Shown here: positions 56,450-64,000 of the stretch, one piece after another
Numbering within the stretch: the first letter of the stretch is position 1
Layout of the letters: every line of letters begins with the position of its first letter
Source: Candidatus Omnitrophota bacterium
GTDB taxonomy: Bacteria > Omnitrophota > Gorgyraeia > JABMRG01 > JAFGKX01
Direction of reading: 5' to 3'
Length of the DNA: 64,000 nt
Assembly (NCBI GenBank): GCA_043797125.1
Contig: JAZDPX010000017.1
Location: forward strand, 23,340 to 87,339
Position numbers and translations under genes: made by a program
Notes under the pieces: model-generated
Seen by the model: only the letters and a program-made list of their open reading frames with translations
Database searches by the model: none
Told to the model about the DNA's origin: nothing

Positions 56450-58164
56450 AAAAAAGTTTTGCAGAAAAGTTAGTCGATATATTGAAAAAAAGCGGGTTGG
56501 TAAACGAAAAAGACCTCAATGAAGCTATTGAGAAGCAAAAAAAGGCCGGCAGCAATATCGCAAAAATTCTCATAGATAAAGGCATTATCAGCCAAAAGGA
56601 TTTAGCCGCGCTTTTAAGTTCGGAGTTAAACATCCCTGTGCTGAATTTATCGAGGTTTAAGATTGACCCAAAGATTGTGAAGATGGTCCCTGAAAAGACA
56701 GCCCGCCAATATGTTATAATACCGACCTCAAAAATAGGAAACAACCTGACGGTCTGTATGGCAGACCCGCTGAATGTCCTTGCGATAGACGATATAAAGG
56801 CCCTTACAGATTTTAAGATTGATATAGTTTTAAGCACGGAAAAGGAGATCCAGGACGCTATAAACAATTATTATACTACCGACACATCACAGCTATCTGA
56901 TATTTTGCAGCAGGTTTCAAGCGTCGATGACGCAGACTCCGTAGAAATAACAAAGGATGAAGATGTCGGCGTGGTCAATATCGAAGAAATGGCCCAAAAG
57001 AGCAAAATAACCCCTATAGTAAAAGTGGTAAATCTGATGCTCAGCGAGGCCCTGGAAAAACGCGCAAGCGATATACATATAGAGCCGCAGGAACATCATT
57101 TGCGCATAAGGTACAGAATTGACGGGAATATGTGCGAGGCATTTCAGATTCCTAAAAAGGACCAAAGCGCGATACTTGCAAGGTTGAAAATAATGTCCGG
57201 GCTTGACATAACGCAGTGGCGGCTTCCTCAGGACGGCAGGTTCAGGGTTACAATGCGCGAAAAGGAAATAGATTTTCGCGTATCAGTATTACCCCTGACG
57301 CACGGCGGAAAAATAGTCCTAAGGGCGTTAGATAAATCAGGCTTAAGCCTTGGGCTTGAAAGGCTTGGCTTTTTGCCGGAAACACTTAACATACTTAATG
57401 ATGCTGTTTCGCGGCCATATGGCATGATATTAATAACAGGGCCTACGGGAAGCGGAAAATCCACAACGCTTTATTCTCTGTTAACCAGGCTTAACAAGCC
57501 GGACAAAAATATTGTCACAATTGAGGACCCTGTGGAGTATCAGATAGAAGGAATGACGCAGATGCAGGTTAATCCCGATATAAAACTTAACTTTGCCGAT
57601 GGTTTACGCGCTGTGTTAAGGCAAAGCCCCGACATAGTCCTTATAGGCGAAATAAGAGATTTTGAAACAGCTGATATTTCAATTAAGGCATCATTAACAG
57701 GGCAGCTGTTACTTAGCACTCTGCACACAAACGACGCAGTAGGCTCAATTACAAGGCTTGTTGATATGGGTGTTGAGCCGTTCTTGGTTGCATCCAGCCT
57801 TATTGCTGTCGCGGCGCAAAGGCTTTGCAGGAAGATCTGCGCTAATTGCAAAGAGCCGGTAGAAATCCCTGCGGCTGTCTTCGAGCGGCTTAATCTAGGT
57901 TCTGATTTAAAAAAACGCCAGTATTATCACGGAAAGGGCTGCAGCAAATGCAACTCTACCGGATATTACGGAAGAATGGCTACGATGGAGATGTTTATAC
58001 TTGATGACGACATGAAACAAATGATAATCAAACGCACATCGGAGGATGAAATAAAGGAACACCTGAAGAGAAAAGGAATGAGTTTTTTAAAAGACCTTGC
58101 AGTTAAAAACTGGGCAGCGGGACAGACAACGCTCGAGGAAGTTTTAAGGATTACGACCGAATAA
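56446..58164 (+). CDS. pilB: Type IV pilus/T2SS assembly ATPase PilB/GspE, paralog 2
   Basis: ASDIHIEP, GPTGSGKSTT, LRQSPDIVLIGEIRD, TLHTN, CANC..CSKC. Confidence 0.92.
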   Translation: MKKSFAEKLVDILKKSGLVNEKDLNEAIEKQKKAGSNIAKILIDKGIISQKDLAALLSSELNIPVLNLSRFKIDPKIVKMVPEKTARQYVIIPTSKIGNNLTVCMADPLNVLAIDDIKALTDFKIDIVLSTEKEIQDAINNYYTTDTSQLSDILQQVSSVDDADSVEITKDEDVGVVNIEEMAQKSKITPIVKVVNLMLSEALEKRASDIHIEPQEHHLRIRYRIDGNMCEAFQIPKKDQSAILARLKIMSGLDITQWRLPQDGRFRVTMREKEIDFRVSVLPLTHGGKIVLRALDKSGLSLGLERLGFLPETLNILNDAVSRPYGMILITGPTGSGKSTTLYSLLTRLNKPDKNIVTIEDPVEYQIEGMTQMQVNPDIKLNFADGLRAVLRQSPDIVLIGEIRDFETADISIKASLTGQLLLSTLHTNDAVGSITRLVDMGVEPFLVASSLIAVAAQRLCRKICANCKEPVEIPAAVFERLNLGSDLKKRQYYHGKGCSKCNSTGYYGRMATMEMFILDDDMKQMIIKRTSEDEIKEHLKRKGMSFLKDLAVKNWAAGQTTLEEVLRITTE

Positions 58165-58179
58165 AAGTTATCCACAATC

Positions 58180-58205
58180 GTAGCGGAGCCTTAAGGCTCC
58201 GCTAC
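58180..58205. repeat. 26-bp GTAG palindrome, copy C
   Basis: GTAGCGGAGCCTTAAGGCTCCGCTAC. Confidence 0.9.
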
Positions 58206-58230
58206 TTGAAATAATTTATAGGAGATAATT

Positions 58231-59445
58231 ATGTCTAATTATAAATATACGGCTAAAAACAAAGATGGTAAGAGCCTGACTGGAAAAATCAACGCTCAAA
58301 GCAAGGAACAGGTCCTGGAAATTTTAAGAAAAGAAGACCTTATGCCTATTTCAATAGAACTGGCTAAGGGGTCTGTATTCGCCATCTCTATGGGCGAGAA
58401 AAAAGCAAAGGTAAAATTAGATGACCTTGCGATTTTCTCAAGGCAGCTTGCCACAATGGTTGAGGCGGGAATTCCTGTTGTCGGGGCATTAGACGCCTTG
58501 GTGGGCCAGATGGAAAACGCAAGCCTTCAAAAAATAATAGGCAAAGTAAGGGATGATGTAGAAGCGGGCTCAAGCCTTTCGCAGGCTTTAGCCAAACATT
58601 CGCGCGTGTTTGATCCTCTATATATAAATATGGTAAAGGCGGGAGAAACAAGCGGCATGCTCGATGAAATCCTAAACCGCCTGGCTTTATACCTTGAAAA
58701 AATTAACTCCCTGCAGCGTAAAATAAAGACAAGTATGGTGTATCCGGCTGTTGTTGTCTTCGTGGCTATATCTATAACCGTATTTCTCCTGGTAAAGGTT
58801 GTGCCTACTTTTAAGGGTATATTCGATATGCTTGGAGGCGCGCTTCCCTTACCTACTTTACTGCTTTTGTCAGTGAGCGATTTCGTAAGGAACTATTTTC
58901 TTCTTGGGATCGGGGGGGTGTTTGTGTTAATAATTTTCTTATCATGGTATGTTAAAACAGAAGTTGGCAGTTTCATGTTTGACGCCATGCTTCTTAGAAT
59001 GCCTGTATTTGGCCAGATCTTCAGGAAATTCAGTGTTGCAAAATTCAGCAGGACATTATCAACTTTGGTGCGCAGCGGAGTGCCAATTCTGGTAAGCTTA
59101 GACATAGTTGCCAAGACATGCGGCAATAAGGTCCTGGAAAGGGCTGTTCAGCATTCCATAAAAGCAATAAAAGACGGTAAAACTATTGCTGAACCCCTTG
59201 AACAGAGCAAGGTGCTGCCGTCCATGGCTATTAAAATGATTTCTGTAGGCGAACAGACAGGCGAATTGGAGAAGATGCTGACAAAAATAGCTGATTTTTA
59301 TGATGAGCAGGTGGATGCCGCTGTAAGTTCACTTGTAAGCATCATAGAACCTGTAATCATTGTGTTCTTAGGCATGGTTGTCGGAAGCATTGTTCTGGCT
59401 ATCTTCCTGCCTATCTTTAAGATAACAGAGCTATTGTCCGGATAA
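58231..59445 (+). CDS. pilC: Type IV pilus platform protein PilC/GspF
   Basis: FSRQLATMVEAG, GETSGML, YP, GEQTGEL..ML, IEP, FLPIF. Confidence 0.93.
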   Translation: MSNYKYTAKNKDGKSLTGKINAQSKEQVLEILRKEDLMPISIELAKGSVFAISMGEKKAKVKLDDLAIFSRQLATMVEAGIPVVGALDALVGQMENASLQKIIGKVRDDVEAGSSLSQALAKHSRVFDPLYINMVKAGETSGMLDEILNRLALYLEKINSLQRKIKTSMVYPAVVVFVAISITVFLLVKVVPTFKGIFDMLGGALPLPTLLLLSVSDFVRNYFLLGIGGVFVLIIFLSWYVKTEVGSFMFDAMLLRMPVFGQIFRKFSVAKFSRTLSTLVRSGVPILVSLDIVAKTCGNKVLERAVQHSIKAIKDGKTIAEPLEQSKVLPSMAIKMISVGEQTGELEKMLTKIADFYDEQVDAAVSSLVSIIEPVIIVFLGMVVGSIVLAIFLPIFKITELLSG

Positions 59446-59460
59446 AATAAACATGGTATC

Positions 59461-59489
59461 TTGACAATGGCGCCCTTGTGTGCTACACT
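59461..59489 (+). promoter_or_regulatory. sigma70 promoter of the major pilin gene
   Basis: TTGACA-N17-TACACT with TG. Confidence 0.65.
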
Positions 59490-59558
59490 TTAATTGTGAA
59501 GGCTTTATACATAACCTAAAAAAACGACCCATCCAGGGAAGGAAGGAGGTCAAAGAAA

Positions 59559-59978
59559 ATGAAAAAAGGAAAAAGAGGTTTTACGCTTGTGGAAATTATG
59601 ATAGTTGTAGCTATTATAGCCCTCTTGGCAGCAATTGCTATACCAAATCTGTTACGTGCAAGGCATAATTCTAATGAAGCTGCTGCGCAGGCATCGCTAA
59701 GAACCGTTAGTAGCGCATGTGAAAGCTATCTGGGTGCAAATGATGTGTACCCGGATTCGCTTGAGACACTAGCCGGCGAAACTCCTCCGTATATAGATGA
59801 TACGTTAGGAGGAGGCGAAAAGCAGGGGTATACTTTTGATTTTACTCTAGGTGATGATAACCTTACGTATACTTGTACTGCAACTCCGGTAACCTCTGGC
59901 GTGACAGGAACCAGAATATTTCAAGTTGATGAGAGCGGCGTAATAGCCGTCACAGCCGAAGAAGAGGAAGCGGAATAA
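59559..59978 (+). CDS. pilA: Type IV major pilin
   Basis: Class III signal KRG|FTLVEIMIVVAII; own promoter, RBS and terminator. Confidence 0.88.
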   Translation: MKKGKRGFTLVEIMIVVAIIALLAAIAIPNLLRARHNSNEAAAQASLRTVSSACESYLGANDVYPDSLETLAGETPPYIDDTLGGGEKQGYTFDFTLGDDNLTYTCTATPVTSGVTGTRIFQVDESGVIAVTAEEEEAE

Positions 59979-60005
59979 TAATTTCGTAAGAGCGTAAATA
60001 AAGGC

Positions 60006-60037
60006 GAAAAGCCCCCCAAAAATTGGGGGGCTTTTTC
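60006..60037. terminator. Intrinsic terminator after pilin
   Basis: GAAAAGCCCCCC-AAAAATT-GGGGGGCTTTTTC. Confidence 0.88.
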
Positions 60038-60088
60038 ATTGACTTTCCCTCTTTTATAATATAGACTTTATGTGAGGGGAAAATATAT

Positions 60089-60469
60089 ATGAAGATATCT
60101 AAAAGAGGATTTACACTAATAGAAGTAATGCTGGTAGCGGCGATTTTAGTAATTGCTTTATGCGGGGCGCTAGAGCTTTACAGCTACTGTTACGGCTTGT
60201 GCATACAAGCAGCGCATGTGACTTCCGCCATCGCGGAAAGCTATTCAAAAATGGAGGAAATCCGCAGGCATGATTTTGTTACAATAATTGATGCTTATAA
60301 CGGCGTGGAGTTTGACCTTACGCAGTTAACCGGAACAGGCGTTACTGCCGCAGGATATGTCGCTAACACGGACTCACAATTAATTGAGGTTACAATAGAT
60401 CTTAACTGGACAGAAAAGGCAAGCAGGGTTTCTACATATACATTAACGAGCTATATAGTAAATAAATAG
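60089..60469 (+). CDS. Minor pilin (PilV-like)
   Basis: KRG|FTLIEVM. Confidence 0.8.
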   Translation: MKISKRGFTLIEVMLVAAILVIALCGALELYSYCYGLCIQAAHVTSAIAESYSKMEEIRRHDFVTIIDAYNGVEFDLTQLTGTGVTAAGYVANTDSQLIEVTIDLNWTEKASRVSTYTLTSYIVNK

Positions 60470-60500
60470 TAATAGTTTAGCTGATGGAAGGCCTCCCGAC

Positions 60501-60526
60501 GTAGCGGAGGCTTAAGCCTCCGCTAC
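60501..60526. repeat. 26-bp GTAG palindrome, copy D
   Basis: GTAGCGGAGGCTTAAGCCTCCGCTAC, embedded in a TCCCGAC...GTCGAGA stem. Confidence 0.9.
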
Positions 60527-60581
60527 GTCCGAGTCGAGATACTTAGAATGGCTGAACTGTTACAATAAATAAGGATAAAAG

Positions 60582-61100
60582 ATGGATAAAAACGCAAATA
60601 AAGGTTTTACGCTTCTTGAAACAATGCTCGCGATTGCCATATTTACAATTATGTCAAGCGCTGTATTTCTGGTATTAACATCAGGGCATAATAGCTGGTT
60701 TTCAGGATCCGCGTATAGCGAAATTGAGGACGATATAAGAAAATCGATACAATGGATGACAAGGGAATTGCAGGAGGCAAGGTTATCATCTATAACAATA
60801 GATTCGGAAGATAACAGCGTAATAGATTTTGAAATGCCGGTGTCAGTTTCAGACGAAGGCACAATAACATGGCAAGGTATCAGATATTATTGGAACGAAG
60901 ATGAAAATCAGTTAATACGCCAGCTTACCGCAACAGGAGAAGAAAAGGTGCTGGCAAATAATATAGAAGTTCTCAGCTTTGAGCAGCCTGATTTAAATGA
61001 TCTCGGGGTTGTAAGGGTAACTGTTAGAGCGTTTACTAACGACTTAAAAGGACGAGAAATGCGCTCAAATGTAACTTTTGATGTTACATGCAGGAATTAA
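60582..61100 (+). CDS. Minor pilin (PilW-like)
   Basis: KG|FTLLETM, M.RELQEA, RN C-terminus. Confidence 0.8.
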   Translation: MDKNANKGFTLLETMLAIAIFTIMSSAVFLVLTSGHNSWFSGSAYSEIEDDIRKSIQWMTRELQEARLSSITIDSEDNSVIDFEMPVSVSDEGTITWQGIRYYWNEDENQLIRQLTATGEEKVLANNIEVLSFEQPDLNDLGVVRVTVRAFTNDLKGREMRSNVTFDVTCRN

Positions 61101-61106
61101 AAAGGG

Positions 61107-62636
61107 GTGATTAAAATGTCTAAAATATTTAATCTTAAAGACAACAGAGGAATCATGCTGGTGGCCGCTTATCTTGTTGTTACTGTCCTCTTAATACTCG
61201 GGATAGCGTTTTTCTCGCGAGGCTATCACGAGAGCAAAATGGCGCTCAGGCATAAATATTCAACCCAGGCCTTGTGCCTTGCGGAAGCAGGCATAGAAAG
61301 GGCATTTTATGATTTAGACGAGGATTTTAATAACGATACTACTCCGAGCTGGGCAGACGGTGACATTAACGGTATCACCTGCGGGCCTGATGAAGATGCG
61401 TTTTATGCGCTATATGCCGCAACCGGTTTAGGTGAAGGCACATATCAGGTAATGCTGAGGAACATACCTGATGAGGAAGGCAGAATATGGGTCCAGTCAA
61501 CAGGCACAGCGCATAACATCACAAGGACTGTTCAGGTGTATTTAAGGGCGAATCGATTATGTGTCTGGGATAATGTAATATTTGCAGGTACAGGCGCTAC
61601 CGGCCAGGTAATTAACGGCAATGTTGATATACGCGGCTCTGTGCATATACTTGGCACAGACCTTGCAGATGGTGAATTTGCAATAGATATGTCAGGTGAC
61701 GGAGGTATAGGCAACAATTATGATAATATACCGGACGCATTAAAAAACAAGCTTCCTGATTTAGAGACAGAAGAATACAACGGCGAAGATGTGCAAACCC
61801 TGGATGCTACCTTGCGCGTTAAAAACGGCTTAGTAGGTTTAAGCGGCTCTTCTACAATAGGCGACGAAGATGAACCTTTAAACGAAATTAAGGAAACAAT
61901 GGATGGGGTTTATGTTACGGACGGATACGGCGGAACTCAGGACCCGCCGCTAATTTATTCTGATAACGGCAGAGACAATAGCTATGATTACGGAGATAAT
62001 TTCAGTTTCCCGACCTTAACCACAGGTGCATACGGCGGGTTTGACTCATACCAGGAATATTTTGAAAGTATTGCCTATTGTATTACTGATGCGGGAAAAT
62101 TAGCTCAACTTGCAAGCATTAATCCTACATCAACCTTTAATTACACAGACCCTGATGGAAAAGGCAGCATAAGCATGAATAACGGCCTTATGACTGTAAG
62201 CGGATGTATTTATATAGCCGGAGCATTTAATATAAATCAAGTAGTTGGCCATGTTGAGCATGGTGTAGATAGAACAACTGTCAATTACACAGGCACAGCA
62301 AGTATTCTTACTACAGAAGACATAGGTATAAACGCTAATTTTACAACCAGTGGCGATGATTCATTCCCAACAAATGTAATAGGTTTTATGACGCCGGGTG
62401 ATATAGTATGCAGCTCATCTCAAATTGATGTTACAGGCTTGTTTTACGCTGAAGGGTCAATTTCCGCAACACAGCAGACAGATGTCGCGGGAGTTTTTGT
62501 TTCTAATTATTTTGATATGGGCGCGCAGGTACCTAGTATTTTTCAGGTTCCTGAAGTTATAAATAATCTGCCGGATGGGCTTATCGGGTCTGATTCCACG
62601 TGGACCGTGGATGTCGTGTCTTGGCAGGAGCAATAG
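61107..62636 (+). CDS. PilX-like minor pilin with large beta-rich C-terminal domain
   Basis: NRG|IMLV (no Glu5), A..LAEAGIERA, STG, SWQE end. Confidence 0.78.
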   Translation: MIKMSKIFNLKDNRGIMLVAAYLVVTVLLILGIAFFSRGYHESKMALRHKYSTQALCLAEAGIERAFYDLDEDFNNDTTPSWADGDINGITCGPDEDAFYALYAATGLGEGTYQVMLRNIPDEEGRIWVQSTGTAHNITRTVQVYLRANRLCVWDNVIFAGTGATGQVINGNVDIRGSVHILGTDLADGEFAIDMSGDGGIGNNYDNIPDALKNKLPDLETEEYNGEDVQTLDATLRVKNGLVGLSGSSTIGDEDEPLNEIKETMDGVYVTDGYGGTQDPPLIYSDNGRDNSYDYGDNFSFPTLTTGAYGGFDSYQEYFESIAYCITDAGKLAQLASINPTSTFNYTDPDGKGSISMNNGLMTVSGCIYIAGAFNINQVVGHVEHGVDRTTVNYTGTASILTTEDIGINANFTTSGDDSFPTNVIGFMTPGDIVCSSSQIDVTGLFYAEGSISATQQTDVAGVFVSNYFDMGAQVPSIFQVPEVINNLPDGLIGSDSTWTVDVVSWQEQ

Positions 62637-62637
62637 T

Positions 62638-62734
62638 ATGTATACACAGATTAGCGCAGATTAGAAAATACAAGATGATCGCAGATATCTGTGATCATCC
62701 CGCATCTTTTAATCTGTGATCATCTGCGCAAAAA
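62638..62734. repeat. CACAGAT-type tandem-repeat hairpin element, copy 2
   Basis: ATGTATACACAGATTAGCGCAGAT...ATCTGTGATCATCTGCGC aligns with 15141-15240. Confidence 0.85.
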
Positions 62735-62763
62735 GTCGGTAAGATTTTGGCGTAATTTATCAT

Positions 62764-62790
62764 GCCCCTTAAAAATTTAAGGGGTTTTTT
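62764..62790 (+). terminator. Intrinsic terminator
   Basis: GCCCCTTAA-AAAT-TTAAGGGGT-T run. Confidence 0.7.
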
Positions 62791-62869
62791 ATTGACTTTA
62801 ATCACTTTCTAATATAAAATGAATTTTGATATATGACTTATATATATTATAATTAAATAAACTAATACA

Positions 62870-63880
62870 ATGCAGGTTAATAAACTACTAAAGAAAAAAA
62901 GGCAGTTAAATTTAGGCATTGATATGGCAAGCGCTTTTATCAAGGCTGTTGTAATAGATACTTCCAAGCCCAAACCTGAATTGATATCATTCGCGTATGA
63001 ACCTGTTGGGACAGACAAGACTTCTGCCTTAAAAAGAGCGATAAATCAGCTTAAATTAACAAATACCGAAGCTGTAACCTCTATTTCAGGGCCTTCAGTC
63101 GCGGTAAGAATTATTGAAATGCCTCCGATGAACGACGGTGAATTAAAAAGCGCTGTTGCATTCGAAGCTGAGAAATACATACCTTATAAATTAGACGACG
63201 TTATTACAGACTGCGCAAGAATAGAAAACCTCCCCAACGGTAAAATAAGCGTATTGCTTGTAGCCGCTAAAAAATCTACAGTGACTGACGCGATACAGCT
63301 GTTAAGCTCTGCAGGTGTAACATTGCGCGCTGTTGATGTTGATTCATTCGCCGCCATGAGGACGCTTCTAAATTCCGAAAAAATTGAAGAAGGCACAACC
63401 TGCGCGCTTATTGATATAGGGGCAAGCTTAACGAATGTAAACATTATCAGAAACGGGATCTCTTATATCGCCAGAGACATACAAATAGGCGGTAACAATA
63501 TAACAACCGCTATTGCAGAAAGATTGAATTTAAAACAAGAGGCCGCGGAGGCCGCAAAAATTAAGCCGGGGGAACTCTTAAACGAAATTACGCCTATAGT
63601 CAAAGGCGTCCTTATAAACCTGTTAGATGAAATAAGACTTTCGTTTGATTTTTACGAGAACCGATTCGGTAAAAATATACAGAAGGTTTTTATTAGCGGC
63701 GGGTCATCTGTTTTAAGCGTGGGGCTGGACAATTTATTAAAAGAGATATTCAGCGGAGAAGTTCTTTTTTTGGACCCTTTTAACAATCTGGATATCTCGC
63801 CGGAAATAAATAAGCAGGCGCTTGAACCATTAAAGCCGTTCTTCGCAGTCGCGGTGGGGCTTGCCTTAAGGGAAAATTAG
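62870..63880 (+). CDS. pilM: Type IV pilus assembly protein PilM
   Basis: LGID, EAEKYIPY, LLVAAKK, IDIGA..TN, SGG, AVAVGLALR. Confidence 0.92.
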   Translation: MQVNKLLKKKRQLNLGIDMASAFIKAVVIDTSKPKPELISFAYEPVGTDKTSALKRAINQLKLTNTEAVTSISGPSVAVRIIEMPPMNDGELKSAVAFEAEKYIPYKLDDVITDCARIENLPNGKISVLLVAAKKSTVTDAIQLLSSAGVTLRAVDVDSFAAMRTLLNSEKIEEGTTCALIDIGASLTNVNIIRNGISYIARDIQIGGNNITTAIAERLNLKQEAAEAAKIKPGELLNEITPIVKGVLINLLDEIRLSFDFYENRFGKNIQKVFISGGSSVLSVGLDNLLKEIFSGEVLFLDPFNNLDISPEINKQALEPLKPFFAVAVGLALREN

Positions 63881-63881
63881 T

Positions 63882-64000
63882 ATGATAGAAATTAATCTAC
63901 TGCCGGAAGAGCTAAGAAAAAATAAAAAACCAAAAAAAGAAGTCTTGAACCTTAAGTCTGCCAATCTGCCATGGAAAGCAATAGCAATAACGATTGCTGT
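63882..64000 (+). CDS. pilN: PilN (partial, runs off window)
   Basis: MIEINLLPEEL (INLLP motif) directly after pilM. Confidence 0.85.
   Translation, partial: MIEINLLPEELRKNKKPKKEVLNLKSANLPWKAIAITIA

Noticed and set aside
58168-58176. Perfect DnaA box TTATCCACA
   Set aside because: Single box in a short spacer with no cluster, unwinding element or dnaA nearby; cannot support an origin.
724-63444. Numerous short antisense ORFs in the supplied track
   Set aside because: They shadow well-supported genes on the opposite strand and lack motifs or RBSs.

Overview
Mostly + strand chromosomal DNA of a diderm bacterium, very probably PVC superphylum (it carries the PVC 'small basic protein'). The gene content and giant ORFs suggest Ca. 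Omnitrophota, which is an inference. Housekeeping genes: cobalamin riboswitch-btuB-tonB, rpsU, M16 peptidase, agmatinase plus pyruvoyl Arg decarboxylase, aroQ-pepP-efp-accBC-asp23-amaP, PPi-type pfk, gmhA/hldE-like, thiE/thiC, tRNA-Gly, ThyA-like/HIT/dgt, aroB. There is also an exeAB pair and a large c-di-GMP-linked type IV pilus/T2SS-like cluster running off the right edge. The best candidate for a new system is a self-contained two-gene operon (34735-40571). It pairs an exported ChaN/EreA/Tiki-fold protein with a 1371-aa signal-peptide protein holding two tandem FBP aldolase/phosphatase copies that have decayed in complementary fashion. The giant SF1-helicase ORF at the left edge may share a C-terminal domain with that protein. 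Intergenic DNA is full of palindromes: a covarying 26-bp GTAG-N6-CTTAAG-N6'-CTAC family, nested long hairpins and short tandem-repeat hairpins. All calls are by-eye motif recognition; no database searches were run.
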